Virus record (IMG/VR): IMGVR_UViG_2671180604_000001
Coordinates: 1-64,000 of that record
DNA: 64,000 nucleotides
Reading direction: 5' to 3' (one strand)
From: a virus
Taxonomy: Duplodnaviria > Caudoviricetes
A program made the translations under genes and the position numbers. This document shows positions 37,642 through 47,697 of the stretch, in pieces (positions within the stretch are counted from its first letter, which is position 1; every line of letters begins with the position of its first letter). Below the pieces are notes generated by a model. The model had not been told where the DNA came from. It did no database searches and saw only the letters and a list, made by a program, of their open reading frames with translations.

Positions 37642-39180
37642 CAGTTTTACTTAACCAGTGCAGGGAAAAATGCAGCACTCAATGCTGCTAGTCTCGGTTT
37701 AAATGTTTCATTGACGCATATCGCCGTTGGTACAGGTAAATATGATCCATCAAATGCAATGACTCTAACTAATACTTCACTAGTTTCAGAACTTGAGCGA
37801 TATCCGCTAAATGGTGGGAGTGTTGAACCTATTTCACATACATTAAGATTTGTTGCGAATTTAGAACCGAGTCTAACAGCAGATGCTTTTGAAATAGGAC
37901 TTATCACTGATCAAGGTGTTTTATTTGCTGTCGCTGCGACAACTTCAAATACACCATTGATTCGATTGGTTGCGAATATTGTTGCAATCGTCACTTTTGG
38001 GATGATCTTATCAAATCTCAATCTTAGTAATTTAATTATTAATGTTGATCCAAATACGCCTATATCAGTTGCCTTGATGAATCAGCATCTTGACTCTGTT
38101 GATCCACATCCACAATACGCAACGAAATCACTGGTTCATAGTCTTATAGATTTGAATGTGGATAACGCAGTTGACTATTTAGTCTCTTTATTAAACCTAC
38201 ATCAGACTGGAATAAATCCACATCCTCAATACTTGTTAGCTTCAACTTTTGGCGTTGATTTGCAAATGAAAGCAAGTGTAAACACGCCAATTACAGAAGA
38301 AAACTGTGTTTTCGGGTGGAATGGAGAAAGTGGTGCGACGGCTGCATTTCATAAAACACCGAAATGGTGGGTAACTCATGATGAAACGGTAACATTTAAG
38401 CCATTCCGTGCGTATGGTCAGTTTTTATTAAACATCCAATTTCAACCAGAGGGTGACGGCACTTTAGCAATTGCGATCTTCAATAAAGATGACGTTAAGA
38501 TTGCAGAGGACACAATATTAAGTGTTAGCTCCACTAGTTTTAATCAATTGGTGAAGCATGTTTTCTATCTCAATAAGGGTGAATATGCAAAAGTTAGAAT
38601 TTATGGACGAGTATGGAATGAGAATTGGGCACACTTTAGTGGGTCAATATATGTTGATGATCGAGTAAAAGTCTTTAGTCCAGTCGGTTTTCAATCTACC
38701 GTTGATTTTGCAAATACGATAGAAGATGGCTCAGTATCTGTTGAAACACCACTTGATTACTCAACCTTTTCAAGTTCTGAATGGTCATATTTCGATAGTG
38801 GTTCAGAGCTGAATGTGGCACTTAGTGCTAGTACAACATTTGCAACACCTGAATCTCATACTCCACATTATCACCGTGCACTATTTACTACTAATCCAAA
38901 TACAGAATTATGGATTGTTATCGAAGTCGGAAAACAATTAGTCGAAACACCAAGTGATTATGCAGCTGTAGAAGCGAAAGTGATTCGTGGTTCTACTGAT
39001 GTAAGTGGCAATATCGTCATTCAAATACCATTTTCGATGCGTACTGTTGCTACTCCGAATAATGAAACGTTGATTTATCGCGTTGCTTACTATTTAGCAG
39101 CAGTTACTAAAACACTCGCTGATCCTTTTCCTTCCGGCAATATTGATGGAATTCATGAGTTCTTTGCGGAGTTGTCGTGA
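37633..39180 (+). CDS. Tail fiber protein
   Basis: N-terminal LT.AG..A / THIAVGTG / EIGL...G.LFA baseplate-attachment domain; two HPQY repeats. Confidence 0.8.
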   Translation: MAIQFYLTSAGKNAALNAASLGLNVSLTHIAVGTGKYDPSNAMTLTNTSLVSELERYPLNGGSVEPISHTLRFVANLEPSLTADAFEIGLITDQGVLFAVAATTSNTPLIRLVANIVAIVTFGMILSNLNLSNLIINVDPNTPISVALMNQHLDSVDPHPQYATKSLVHSLIDLNVDNAVDYLVSLLNLHQTGINPHPQYLLASTFGVDLQMKASVNTPITEENCVFGWNGESGATAAFHKTPKWWVTHDETVTFKPFRAYGQFLLNIQFQPEGDGTLAIAIFNKDDVKIAEDTILSVSSTSFNQLVKHVFYLNKGEYAKVRIYGRVWNENWAHFSGSIYVDDRVKVFSPVGFQSTVDFANTIEDGSVSVETPLDYSTFSSSEWSYFDSGSELNVALSASTTFATPESHTPHYHRALFTTNPNTELWIVIEVGKQLVETPSDYAAVEAKVIRGSTDVSGNIVIQIPFSMRTVATPNNETLIYRVAYYLAAVTKTLADPFPSGNIDGIHEFFAELS

Positions 39181-39452
39181 TGATTAATGAATACCGCAAC
39201 GCAATTCGAGACCTCATCAATAAAAATATGCAGCTGGGAAAGTTGAATAGTTTAATTGTATGGGATGTTAAATCTGATGAGGCTCAAGATCCTACTTTAC
39301 TAAGTTTGAGAATATATGGTTCTCGTACTCATACGGATGTGATTCAGGTTGCATGTGGTGTTTCTGGGATTTGGGAAAAGTTACCTGAAAAACGAATAGC
39401 AGTGCCTTTAATCTCTGACGTAATGCGCTTACGCCGTGAATATCTGGTTTAG
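39180..39452 (+). CDS. Small baseplate protein (LysM-like/tail X type)
   Basis: DPTLLSLRIYGSR...ACG pattern. Confidence 0.55.
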   Translation: MINEYRNAIRDLINKNMQLGKLNSLIVWDVKSDEAQDPTLLSLRIYGSRTHTDVIQVACGVSGIWEKLPEKRIAVPLISDVMRLRREYLV

Positions 39453-39460
39453 GAGTCATC

Positions 39461-40633
39461 ATGTCTAATAATGATTCCTTTAAAAATGCATATCAACAAA
39501 TGCAAGAATCACTTAAAAGTGGGCGATTGCGTAGAGATTTGCAGGGGCGTAGGAGTGCTGATAATCAGCAGCGTGCATTTGCTGAACGTGAAATTGAATA
39601 TGATGAGTTTGGCAAGAAAATCCCAAAGCCTAGATTCTTACGCCCTGAGGATATTGCTCAGGGTGAAGAATATGATGCTGAACGTGCGCTTTATACTACG
39701 CTGGGTCTAAGAAAAGGGGAGCCAGTTAGAAAAATTACTCGTGATGATATTTTAGCGTTTCAAGACAATATCCTTTTGCTGAAGGATCAATATAAAAAAG
39801 GCATTACAGTACAAAATATTATCAATTTAAGTATGCAAGATGATATTGATCGTGCAAACCAGCAAATTCACATGGCTGTTCCTCTTAGTCGTAAAAGTGG
39901 TTTAGTTCACTTTCTCACGAATGCAGGTCCAGATAGTAAAGTTCAAAACCATCATGTAGAAGTTGAGTTTTCTAATTTCAATTCAGTCGTTTTTGATGTT
40001 CAAAAAGAAGCAATTAGTACTGTTAAAAACAGACTTGCTAACGGGAAGATCAAATTTGAATGCGATTGTGAACGGCATACATTCTGGTATCGATATATGG
40101 CGACTATTGGCGGATATGGCTTAGGTCGCCAAGAGGGTGGATTTCCTAAGGTGCGTAATCCACATTTATCTGGTGTGGCTTGTAAGCATGTTTTACGAGT
40201 AGCGCAATGGATTATTTCACCAGCTGGTATCCAATATCTCAAAAAACAAGTTGAAGCTGACCGAAAAAAACAAGTTGGTGCACGATATAAACTGTCAGAT
40301 GCTCAAATTATTGAGCAACTTAATAAACAAAAAGCTGATTTAGAAACAGGTACCACAAAACAAATTGTTGGCAATATTCAAAAAGCTGAACAAGAAATGA
40401 TGCGCCGTGCCGAAAAAGTCGCTAAAAAGCACTTTGCTAAGCAATTGAAAGAGTTAAAAGCATTAGAAAACAAGATGCATAAATTAACAGTACAAGCCCA
40501 ACTAGAGGCTGTGCTTCAAACACTGAGTAAAGATAAACAGACTCAAGCCAAACGTATGGCTGATCTATGGGTGAGAAATGAAATTACTCAAGTTGATTTT
40601 GATATTTACATGCGAGGTCTAAATGCTAAATAG
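39461..40633 (+). CDS. SWIM zinc-finger phage protein
   Basis: ECDCERHTFWYRY...P..RNP...G.ACKH. Confidence 0.7.
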   Translation: MSNNDSFKNAYQQMQESLKSGRLRRDLQGRRSADNQQRAFAEREIEYDEFGKKIPKPRFLRPEDIAQGEEYDAERALYTTLGLRKGEPVRKITRDDILAFQDNILLLKDQYKKGITVQNIINLSMQDDIDRANQQIHMAVPLSRKSGLVHFLTNAGPDSKVQNHHVEVEFSNFNSVVFDVQKEAISTVKNRLANGKIKFECDCERHTFWYRYMATIGGYGLGRQEGGFPKVRNPHLSGVACKHVLRVAQWIISPAGIQYLKKQVEADRKKQVGARYKLSDAQIIEQLNKQKADLETGTTKQIVGNIQKAEQEMMRRAEKVAKKHFAKQLKELKALENKMHKLTVQAQLEAVLQTLSKDKQTQAKRMADLWVRNEITQVDFDIYMRGLNAK

Positions 40634-41495
40634 TGCAGTCAATCGAGTAGCAAATGGCCGTCATTTAGCTGCAAGACGAGTTGTCATGAATACGCTAGGG
40701 AGTATTCCATGCCAAATATGGCGCAAAAGAATTGTATACAGCAATCCAGCAGATGCTCATTCACCAATTGATCCACTTTCATTTGAGGCAAACGCTTTAT
40801 CAATCCAAGATGAACCTAACTATGAATATGATCATTTAGGTTTCGCGTATGTTCTAGCAGACAAATTTAACGGAGGTATGATTCATAAAAATAACAGTAT
40901 GAATAACCCAAGTGACTTGACCTTGATTGTTCAAATCGCTGCTTACAATGCTGATTTAGACACTTTAACAGAGCAGATTAATGAAATACCTGATACCCAA
41001 TTTCAAGAAGGTGACTTGCTTGCTTTGATGATCTATCAAGGATTCATTGTTTGGTTTGAAATCGTTGGAATCACAGGGCAAACGTTGATGTCAGACTTTG
41101 GTAAAAAGTATGTATTAAACAGACGAGATGAGTTGGGAGTTGATCCAGTTCTAAGCGAAGTAAAGTTAAGGGTGGCCATCAAAGTGTTAAGTGATCTAAT
41201 AGAGTTCAAACGTGGCGAAGTTTTTAATACAGCAATAAGTTTTACAGACAAAGAAAATAACCAAATCCTTGAGCTCACAGATGATATGCAGATTACAGCT
41301 CAAGTTAAATCAAAAGACGGTCAAATCATATCTGCTTTACAGGTCCAAAAAGATGAAGATCAAGTAGGACGCGTTTGGGTGGAATCTATAGCAGATAGTA
41401 GCCTATGGCAGTCAGGCTATGCCCAATTAGAAGTCATTATTAAGCAAAATGAAATCGTAATAGGTGAACACATATTGCCTTTCAAGGTGGTGTAA
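40623..41495 (+). CDS. Virion structural protein (head-tail/neck-like) with C-terminal BppU-like domain
   Basis: 290 aa in a late operon; C-terminal FKRGEVF...ITAQVK beta domain. Confidence 0.5.
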   Translation: MLNSAVNRVANGRHLAARRVVMNTLGSIPCQIWRKRIVYSNPADAHSPIDPLSFEANALSIQDEPNYEYDHLGFAYVLADKFNGGMIHKNNSMNNPSDLTLIVQIAAYNADLDTLTEQINEIPDTQFQEGDLLALMIYQGFIVWFEIVGITGQTLMSDFGKKYVLNRRDELGVDPVLSEVKLRVAIKVLSDLIEFKRGEVFNTAISFTDKENNQILELTDDMQITAQVKSKDGQIISALQVQKDEDQVGRVWVESIADSSLWQSGYAQLEVIIKQNEIVIGEHILPFKVV

Positions 41496-41497
41496 CA

Positions 41498-42724
41498 ATG
41501 AAAACTTTAGCACGTATTAATTTATCTGGTGATCGTCCAAATCGTTGGGGTAAAGTTCAAGGTAACCTATCTGATCAGACAGATTTAAATGAAGCATTAC
41601 AAGGAAAAACAAATAAAGAAGAAACGGCTGTATTGGTTGAAAATATAAATCAAGTGCAGGTTTTGGCTCAAACTAATGAGTTAAAGCTAAGTAACAAGGC
41701 TGATCAAATTGATTTCGAAAATGCCCAAATTCAAGTCGAAGTAAACCGCCTTTCAATTCTCACGAAAGCTGATATTCAAGCTTTAGCGTTATTGACTCAA
41801 TTAGTTGATACAAAAGCAGACCAAGCATATGTTAATCAGCAGATTGCTGATCTAGTTGGTTCAGCTCCAGAGGCTTTAAATACAATTTATGAGCTTGCAG
41901 CTGCTATCCAAAATGATCAGAGTATCATTGGTACACTCAATCAATCGGTTGCTAATCGTGTTCGTTTTGATGTTGCTACACAAGCGCTTACAGAGCTTCA
42001 AAAGCAAAATGCCCGTACAAATATCGGTGCTGAAAAGTTAGGGACAGCGCAAGAACTTGTGAGTCAAATCACTGCTCAAAGCTTAGGAGCAGCAACGGCT
42101 GCGCAAGGTTTAAAAGCTGATACAGCATTACAAAGTGTGGATGTTGCGCCAGTTGCCTTAACGGGACTTTTTTCGAGTTTGGCAAATCAAAACAAAATCT
42201 TTGATGTAATCTTTAATAATTATTCCATTGGTTCTAATACAGTTATATCTGCTACTGATTCATTGGGACAAATGCTTGCAAAACTTCAAGCTCAAATAAG
42301 TAATTTCAACGCTGGCAGCAACAGCTTTGATTGGGTAAAAGCTGAAGACATTGCAGGCTTTACTATCCAAAGTCCAATCGTCCACAAGTCTCTTAAATTT
42401 GCAAAAAAAGATGGTTTGTTGTGGATTAGTGGTTGTTTACAAGCAACAGGATTTTTCGGAGCTGGACTCAAACTTTTTAATATTTCAAATCCAGCTTACA
42501 TGATTGAACAACATGTAACGAATACCTATGGTGCCGAGTCTCAAGTCTCAATCATGCGAGCTAATTACTACACAGTTCAATACTTTGCTGCACCAACAAA
42601 TGGTAATGGACTTGCAACTTTTTACGTGCTTGGTAATAACTTGTACGTCAAGATGCAATATCAAATACCTAGCGAAGGTGGGTGGATTGCTTTTGATCCA
42701 ACACCTATTGGCAAGCTTTTATGA
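41498..42724 (+). CDS. Fiber-like virion protein
   Basis: WG.VQGNLSDQTDL, LVGSAPEALNTIYELAAAI, QKQNARTNIGA; variable C-terminal beta domain. Confidence 0.75.
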   Translation: MKTLARINLSGDRPNRWGKVQGNLSDQTDLNEALQGKTNKEETAVLVENINQVQVLAQTNELKLSNKADQIDFENAQIQVEVNRLSILTKADIQALALLTQLVDTKADQAYVNQQIADLVGSAPEALNTIYELAAAIQNDQSIIGTLNQSVANRVRFDVATQALTELQKQNARTNIGAEKLGTAQELVSQITAQSLGAATAAQGLKADTALQSVDVAPVALTGLFSSLANQNKIFDVIFNNYSIGSNTVISATDSLGQMLAKLQAQISNFNAGSNSFDWVKAEDIAGFTIQSPIVHKSLKFAKKDGLLWISGCLQATGFFGAGLKLFNISNPAYMIEQHVTNTYGAESQVSIMRANYYTVQYFAAPTNGNGLATFYVLGNNLYVKMQYQIPSEGGWIAFDPTPIGKLL

Positions 42725-42742
42725 AAATGTCCAAAGTGGTTT

Positions 42743-42782
42743 TGGAACCTTAGAGAATAAAAATAGTATTTTCTTTAAGAAT
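42743..42782 (+). promoter_or_regulatory. Late-promoter-like element
   Basis: TGGAAC 42743, AGAAT 42778 (29-nt spacer). Confidence 0.6.
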
Positions 42783-42815
42783 GTCTATATCAAATTAAGT
42801 GAAGTAATAAAGTTA

Positions 42816-43118
42816 ATGACTTATTTAGTTTTCAAAGAAAAAGGCAAGAATATAGGTGATAAAGGCATGGTTGCTCAATGCACTTCTGCTATTTTTAATT
42901 ACCAGGTGATCGGTGCAGGGGCAGTGGTTGAATTCTTTGGTAGTAATCATCCTTCTCCCGATATTAGCGATGAAGATCATTGGATCACTATTGCGACAAT
43001 CACCGCTGGTATTCCTGACACAGAACCATTTCGACAACATGCGTGGGATAAATTGCGCTATGTTGTAACCGCAGGTAATGATGTTGAAATCTATGTTTCA
43101 AGTGGTGTATCTGGCTAA
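42816..43118 (+). CDS. Small beta-rich virion protein (100 aa)
   Basis: ATG 42816 lies just downstream of the promoter motif; the longer 42528 start overlaps the fiber gene. Confidence 0.65.
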   Translation: MTYLVFKEKGKNIGDKGMVAQCTSAIFNYQVIGAGAVVEFFGSNHPSPDISDEDHWITIATITAGIPDTEPFRQHAWDKLRYVVTAGNDVEIYVSSGVSG

Positions 43119-43136
43119 ACTTTAATTTTTTTTAAG

Positions 43137-43164
43137 AAAGCTCATCGATGTATGGGCTTTTTTT
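43137..43164 (+). terminator. Intrinsic terminator
   Basis: AAAGCTCAT...ATGGGCTTTTTTT. Confidence 0.65.
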
Positions 43165-43194
43165 ACATCTGAATAAGTCAAATTAAATAGCAAT

Positions 43195-43234
43195 TGGAAC
43201 TGAACAAAATCAGGAATTTTCTACATGCGAAATT
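43195..43234 (+). promoter_or_regulatory. Late-promoter-like element
   Basis: TGGAAC 43195, GAAATT 43229. Confidence 0.6.
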
Positions 43235-43273
43235 AGGTTATCAATTTTCATAAACCTATTTGCAGGTGAAAAA

Positions 43274-45028
43274 ATGTCAGTTTTATCTGATCCACAAAAT
43301 GCACAATACCAGACGCAATTGTCCTCAACTGCTGAGTGTCAAAAATATTTCTACCAGAATGAAGATGCAGCTGGTTTTGATAGTGCAAATAATATGGTTG
43401 AAACTAGACCTAGTGCATTAAATAAAATTTTAGAAATCGTCGGCTTTGATAGTGCATCTGATATTGATAAAGCAATCAATGTTGGTTTATCTCAATATCA
43501 ATACTGTCACGGTGGTGAATTACCTCATGCGTCAGTGTTAGCAACTGCTTTAGATGCAGGTTTAACTATTGCAAGCAAAATTAAACCTTTGGCTGATTCA
43601 TTTCAAAAATTTGAAGATGGTTTTGATGATGTAAGTAATACTCATCAAGAATCTGTCAGTATCGTACCAGCAATAACAGTAGCAACTATTGCAACTTTAA
43701 TTGCTTTCGCAACACCGATCATTGCGTATATTCCTAACAGTAATGGTTCAAATGAAGTGCCAATTGTTGCAGTTCGATTTACTACTGACCGTTCATTTGG
43801 TGCAATGAACAAAGGTGAATATTTAGATGGTGTGAATGCGTCTAAACCATACACAGAAGGGCGCTTCCGCTTTGTTCTTAACAATGGTGGTGCTGGTACC
43901 ACATATACTGCAACTGCTCATACAAAGTATGCAGACTTTGCAGCTAAGACTGCTGACACAACTGCACCATTGTTGCCATTCATCGGTGGGAATATTTCGA
44001 TTCGTATCAATGGCAAAGAAGTAGCGCATACCCGTAATCGTAGTAAATCGAAACTATCTGGTCAAATTTCAGCGATTGCTGAAAAATCTGCAAAAATTGC
44101 AGGTGTTGAATACAAAGTAACTGCAAGCACAATTAATTTAGACACAAGTGCAATTTCAGTAACTTTAGATCAAGCCTTACCAAATGGGGCGAAATTAGAA
44201 GTGTTCTTGGTTGCTGACTATGATGCACGAGATAACTCAAATAAATTTAAGCTTGATCCTGTTGGCGTAAGCATCGCTACAGATTATGAAACCTTGGTGA
44301 GCTCTCCAATTGTTACGCAAATTCGAGCTTCAAAACTATTGGTCAATCAGATTACCAATGAATTGAATGTTGGTTTTGTGGGAACAGCACTGTCATTGAT
44401 GCAGGGCAAAATTTACCTTGAACAAACAGTACGTTTGTTAGGTGAAGGAAAAGAACGTGCTATCTACAATGAACGGGAATTTACTTTTGATGCTAGCCGT
44501 GGTGTCACAGGTAATTTAGCTGCTGCTTACAATACATCTGGTGACTTGTTCGGTGAGTTCATGAAGTATCTTGAAGCTGCCAAAATCGGCATTGTACAGG
44601 ATACTGGCGGTGCATCAGTCGGCTTTGATTTGTACGTGGGTGATAATGCGAAAGTGTTTTTTGCTCAACTATCATCTGACAAAATGCCGACTAAAACAGG
44701 TGCAACTGCTGGACATGGTCAAATTGTTCGTATCGGCACATTAGCAGATGGAACCAACGTTTATCATATTCCAAGTTCTGCTGATGTTCTGGTTGAAGCA
44801 GATCAAGCATTTGAAATGTTATTGGTTGGACGTGGTAGTGAACCAGTACGAAATCCACTCGTTGGCTTTATTGAGATGCCATTAACGGTTAGTGAAGCCA
44901 CACCTGATCCGCGAGAAAGCTTGCTTGGATTAATGGGTTCACAAGCTGCTGAACTCAATCCTATTGATCGTTATTCAGATCAGTTTGCTTTACTCAACGC
45001 GATCAACATGCCAAGACTCAAAAGTTAA
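43274..45028 (+). CDS. Major capsid protein (P1 gp23-like)
   Basis: 584 aa with its own promoter and terminator, strong codon bias, N-terminal propeptide with FD motifs, RIGTLADGTNVYH. Confidence 0.8.
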   Translation: MSVLSDPQNAQYQTQLSSTAECQKYFYQNEDAAGFDSANNMVETRPSALNKILEIVGFDSASDIDKAINVGLSQYQYCHGGELPHASVLATALDAGLTIASKIKPLADSFQKFEDGFDDVSNTHQESVSIVPAITVATIATLIAFATPIIAYIPNSNGSNEVPIVAVRFTTDRSFGAMNKGEYLDGVNASKPYTEGRFRFVLNNGGAGTTYTATAHTKYADFAAKTADTTAPLLPFIGGNISIRINGKEVAHTRNRSKSKLSGQISAIAEKSAKIAGVEYKVTASTINLDTSAISVTLDQALPNGAKLEVFLVADYDARDNSNKFKLDPVGVSIATDYETLVSSPIVTQIRASKLLVNQITNELNVGFVGTALSLMQGKIYLEQTVRLLGEGKERAIYNEREFTFDASRGVTGNLAAAYNTSGDLFGEFMKYLEAAKIGIVQDTGGASVGFDLYVGDNAKVFFAQLSSDKMPTKTGATAGHGQIVRIGTLADGTNVYHIPSSADVLVEADQAFEMLLVGRGSEPVRNPLVGFIEMPLTVSEATPDPRESLLGLMGSQAAELNPIDRYSDQFALLNAINMPRLKS

Positions 45029-45039
45029 TTGAAGAAAAT

Positions 45040-45064
45040 AAAAGGCGCTTAAATGCGCCTTTTT
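45040..45064 (+). terminator. Intrinsic terminator
   Basis: AAAAGGCGC-ttaaat-GCGCCTTTTT. Confidence 0.8.
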
Positions 45065-45094
45065 GTTACCTAATAATATTAATTGGTGAAGAAG

Positions 45095-45700
45095 ATGACA
45101 GAAACAAATGATGTAGTGAAACCAAAACGTGGACCAAAACCTAAAAATGCTCAAATTGAATCAAAACAACAGGAACAAGGACAAGCGCCGTCAATTGATC
45201 CTGAAACTAAAAAAGACGACGAAACTATCGTTGTTGAAAAAATAGTTGAAAAAGACAATTCTGACGTTTCAGTTAAAAGCAGTGATGCAGATCAAAAAGG
45301 CGATGAAACTAGCAATTCTGATCTTGCCTTGAAAACAGCTGAAAATGGTACTGTGAAATCTGATCTTTCTTCATCTCAAGTTGAAATTGCTCAAGATGAA
45401 TCAAAAGAACAACAACAAGCACAAACGCCGTCAATTGATCCTGAAACTAAAAATGACGACGAAACTATCGTTGTTGAAAAAGTAGCTGAATCTAATTCAA
45501 GCCAGATAAATGCATTGGTTATAGAAGTTAGAAATTTGGGGTTAAGAGCGATCTTTGAACCGATTTCAAAAACAACTATTGCACCAGGTCAAACCTTAAA
45601 AATTGAATGTTCAACACTTTCAGTTAAGCAATCTGTTCTCAATAACCTGAAACAGTTTATTGATTTAGGCAAAAATTTAGAGGTTGTACAGAATGACTGA
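45095..45700 (+). CDS. Phage protein with disordered, internally duplicated N-half
   Basis: Duplicated QxPSIDPETKxDDETIVVEK; C-terminal folded domain. Confidence 0.7.
   Translation: MTETNDVVKPKRGPKPKNAQIESKQQEQGQAPSIDPETKKDDETIVVEKIVEKDNSDVSVKSSDADQKGDETSNSDLALKTAENGTVKSDLSSSQVEIAQDESKEQQQAQTPSIDPETKNDDETIVVEKVAESNSSQINALVIEVRNLGLRAIFEPISKTTIAPGQTLKIECSTLSVKQSVLNNLKQFIDLGKNLEVVQND
45158..45490 (+). repeat. ~93-bp imperfect direct repeat, copies 240 bp apart
   Basis: 45158-45250 vs 45398-45490; core 45181-45240 vs 45421-45480 differs at 2 positions. Confidence 0.9.
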
Positions 45701-45968
45701 GTATAACGGCACAAATCCTTTACTTGATGCTTTAGGTGATGAACATATTATTCGTGATGTCACATTTTTAAATAACGATCCATCAAAGATCATTGAACCT
45801 TTAACAGGCATTCATTTAGTCTACCTTCAGGAAATCACAATTCGTGTGATAGGTGATGCAGCTTTTGAGCAAATTAAAAATAACATTGATCAATTGAATA
45901 GCTTGAAAGGTGATGTTATTGAACTCGATTTTGAGTTAGTAGATGACGTTGTAGATCCTGAAGAATAA
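45693..45968 (+). CDS. Small acidic phage protein
   Basis: 91 aa; IIEPLTG...NNIDQLNSL resembles the C-domain of the upstream gene. Confidence 0.65.
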   Translation: MTEYNGTNPLLDALGDEHIIRDVTFLNNDPSKIIEPLTGIHLVYLQEITIRVIGDAAFEQIKNNIDQLNSLKGDVIELDFELVDDVVDPEE

Positions 45969-45986
45969 CTTTTGAAAACTAAATTC

Positions 45987-46013
45987 AAAACTCTGCTAAA
46001 TGCAGAGTTTTTT
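45987..46013 (+). terminator. Intrinsic terminator
   Basis: AAAACTCTGC-taaat-GCAGAGTTTTTT. Confidence 0.8.
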
Positions 46014-46018
46014 CATAT

Positions 46019-46058
46019 TGGAACATAAGAGATTTTAAATAAACCACAAGTGCAAAAT
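46019..46058 (+). promoter_or_regulatory. Late-promoter-like element
   Basis: TGGAAC 46019, AAAAT 46054 (29-nt spacer). Confidence 0.72.
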
Positions 46059-46088
46059 AACTAAAACGTTTAGCCAAAGGCAAACAAA

Positions 46089-46391
46089 GTGAACACAACA
46101 AAGATATTAGGTGAGGCGGTCGGGATTCAAAGCCAAGGCACCATCGACAAAACTGAAACACAAACGAATGAAGGGCTAACTTCAGCATTAATTATAGGTC
46201 GGTTTCTGCGCGGTCGAGTCGATAAGCCGATGACCATTCATCAAGGCAATATACGCGGTCAATTGGGTTATCAGCCAGACAACATCGATTATATCGCCGT
46301 CCAAGACTGCTTAGATACAGGCGTGCCCAGCGTCCAAGTGTTACGGGTTGGTCAAACCTTAGATTCTGAAGAAGCTGAACAGCCTCAATAA
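46089..46391 (+). CDS. Tail sheath N-terminal-like protein
   Basis: GI....IDKT...IIGRFLRGRVDKP...VQVLRV, typical of sheath N-termini. Confidence 0.6.
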   Translation: MNTTKILGEAVGIQSQGTIDKTETQTNEGLTSALIIGRFLRGRVDKPMTIHQGNIRGQLGYQPDNIDYIAVQDCLDTGVPSVQVLRVGQTLDSEEAEQPQ

Positions 46392-46401
46392 TGGAGTAGC
46401 T

Positions 46402-47685
46402 ATGACAAACTTAAAATTAGCCAGTAACGGGACATTGTCTACTGGTGGAAATGGAGCTGCTGTATTAAGCCTATTCTTGAGCACTTACAGTTTTTTAGAA
46501 AATACTGAACTTGAAGTTGCATTTTTCAGTAAGAAAAATATTCCGACAGTGTTGTCAGACATCAACCTTCGGTTACGAATTATTGATTCAACAACGGGTG
46601 ATGAAGTAATTAAAATACAGGGCACAATCGATAATGATCCTGATAATTTAGCTTCAATTGTCGCTGTAGCTGATGCAACTGAGGAATTTGAGCAATTCGA
46701 CTTACAATTTGATGATGCTTTAAGCTCAATTTTATTAAGTAGTGCTTACAATCCACCAAATAGTCTTGGTCGAAATAAAGAAGTTTTAGCATTATTTGAT
46801 GAAATGCCTCCTCCTTTTGATGCAGATGCAACTTATACATTGATTGCCAATTTAGTTGATACGCCAAGTTATTTGGTTTTACCTTCAACTGATCAATTAA
46901 GTATTTATGTCGCGATATTGCGTGCAGCTGAAAAATTAAATATCCCTTTGGATATTGAAGTTGATTCTACTCTGACACCTGAACAAGTTGCCCAATTTGC
47001 TGAAAGCTTGGATGCTCAATCGCATCAAGTTCAACTGATATGGTCGCCTAACGTATGTCGTCCACGTGACGCAGTTTCACTACGGGGTCGTAAAGTACCT
47101 GCTACTTATATAGGTCAATACATTGGTGACAAACTGCTTCGCAATGCGCGTACAAATGCGCAAGGTTTTGCGCCCATTCACTATGCAGTAGCTTGGAAAG
47201 ACTATCCGTTTAAGAAAAAAGCATTAGAACTTCGTCCAGATGTTGTACTCGATGAACCAACATTGGAAATACTTGCTCAAGCAAAAGTAAATGTAGTTCG
47301 TCCAATTAAATTTGAGCGAGTCCTATACGTGCTTAGTGATGTTCTTACACAACGTCAAAGTAAAAACAGTGCATTACGTTTAGTCAATGCAGCTGAAATT
47401 GCGATGCGCACTAAAAATGATGCTGTGAATATTCTTAAAAATCATATGTTGAAACCAACTGAAGATTATTTAGAAAAAGCCAGCAAAGAAATTGAGAAAT
47501 ACTTATCGACTGCTGCTACTTCAGGATGGTTAAAACCTGCTGAAGATTTGAATGGCAAGCCTTACGCATTCCGTTTGACTCCTGACAATGATTTCCCTTT
47601 TGAGAGAGTGCGATTGTATTTAGCACGCCGACCAGAAGGTGCAACTCGTTCCGTAGTCTTTGATGAAGATGTTTTAGTTAAATAA
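46402..47685 (+). CDS. Tail sheath protein, main part (P1 gp22-like)
   Basis: LAQAKVNVV, SDVLT...SALRL; C-terminal sheath domain. Confidence 0.7.
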   Translation: MTNLKLASNGTLSTGGNGAAVLSLFLSTYSFLENTELEVAFFSKKNIPTVLSDINLRLRIIDSTTGDEVIKIQGTIDNDPDNLASIVAVADATEEFEQFDLQFDDALSSILLSSAYNPPNSLGRNKEVLALFDEMPPPFDADATYTLIANLVDTPSYLVLPSTDQLSIYVAILRAAEKLNIPLDIEVDSTLTPEQVAQFAESLDAQSHQVQLIWSPNVCRPRDAVSLRGRKVPATYIGQYIGDKLLRNARTNAQGFAPIHYAVAWKDYPFKKKALELRPDVVLDEPTLEILAQAKVNVVRPIKFERVLYVLSDVLTQRQSKNSALRLVNAAEIAMRTKNDAVNILKNHMLKPTEDYLEKASKEIEKYLSTAATSGWLKPAEDLNGKPYAFRLTPDNDFPFERVRLYLARRPEGATRSVVFDEDVLVK

Positions 47686-47697
47686 ATAGGTGATGAA

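Noticed and set aside
37633-42724. Diversity-generating retroelement or invertible fiber segment
   Set aside because: No reverse transcriptase, template repeat or invertase noticed
42528-42815. Long N-terminus of the 196-aa ORF in the track
   Set aside because: Overlaps the fiber gene and spans a promoter motif; ATG 42816 is more plausible
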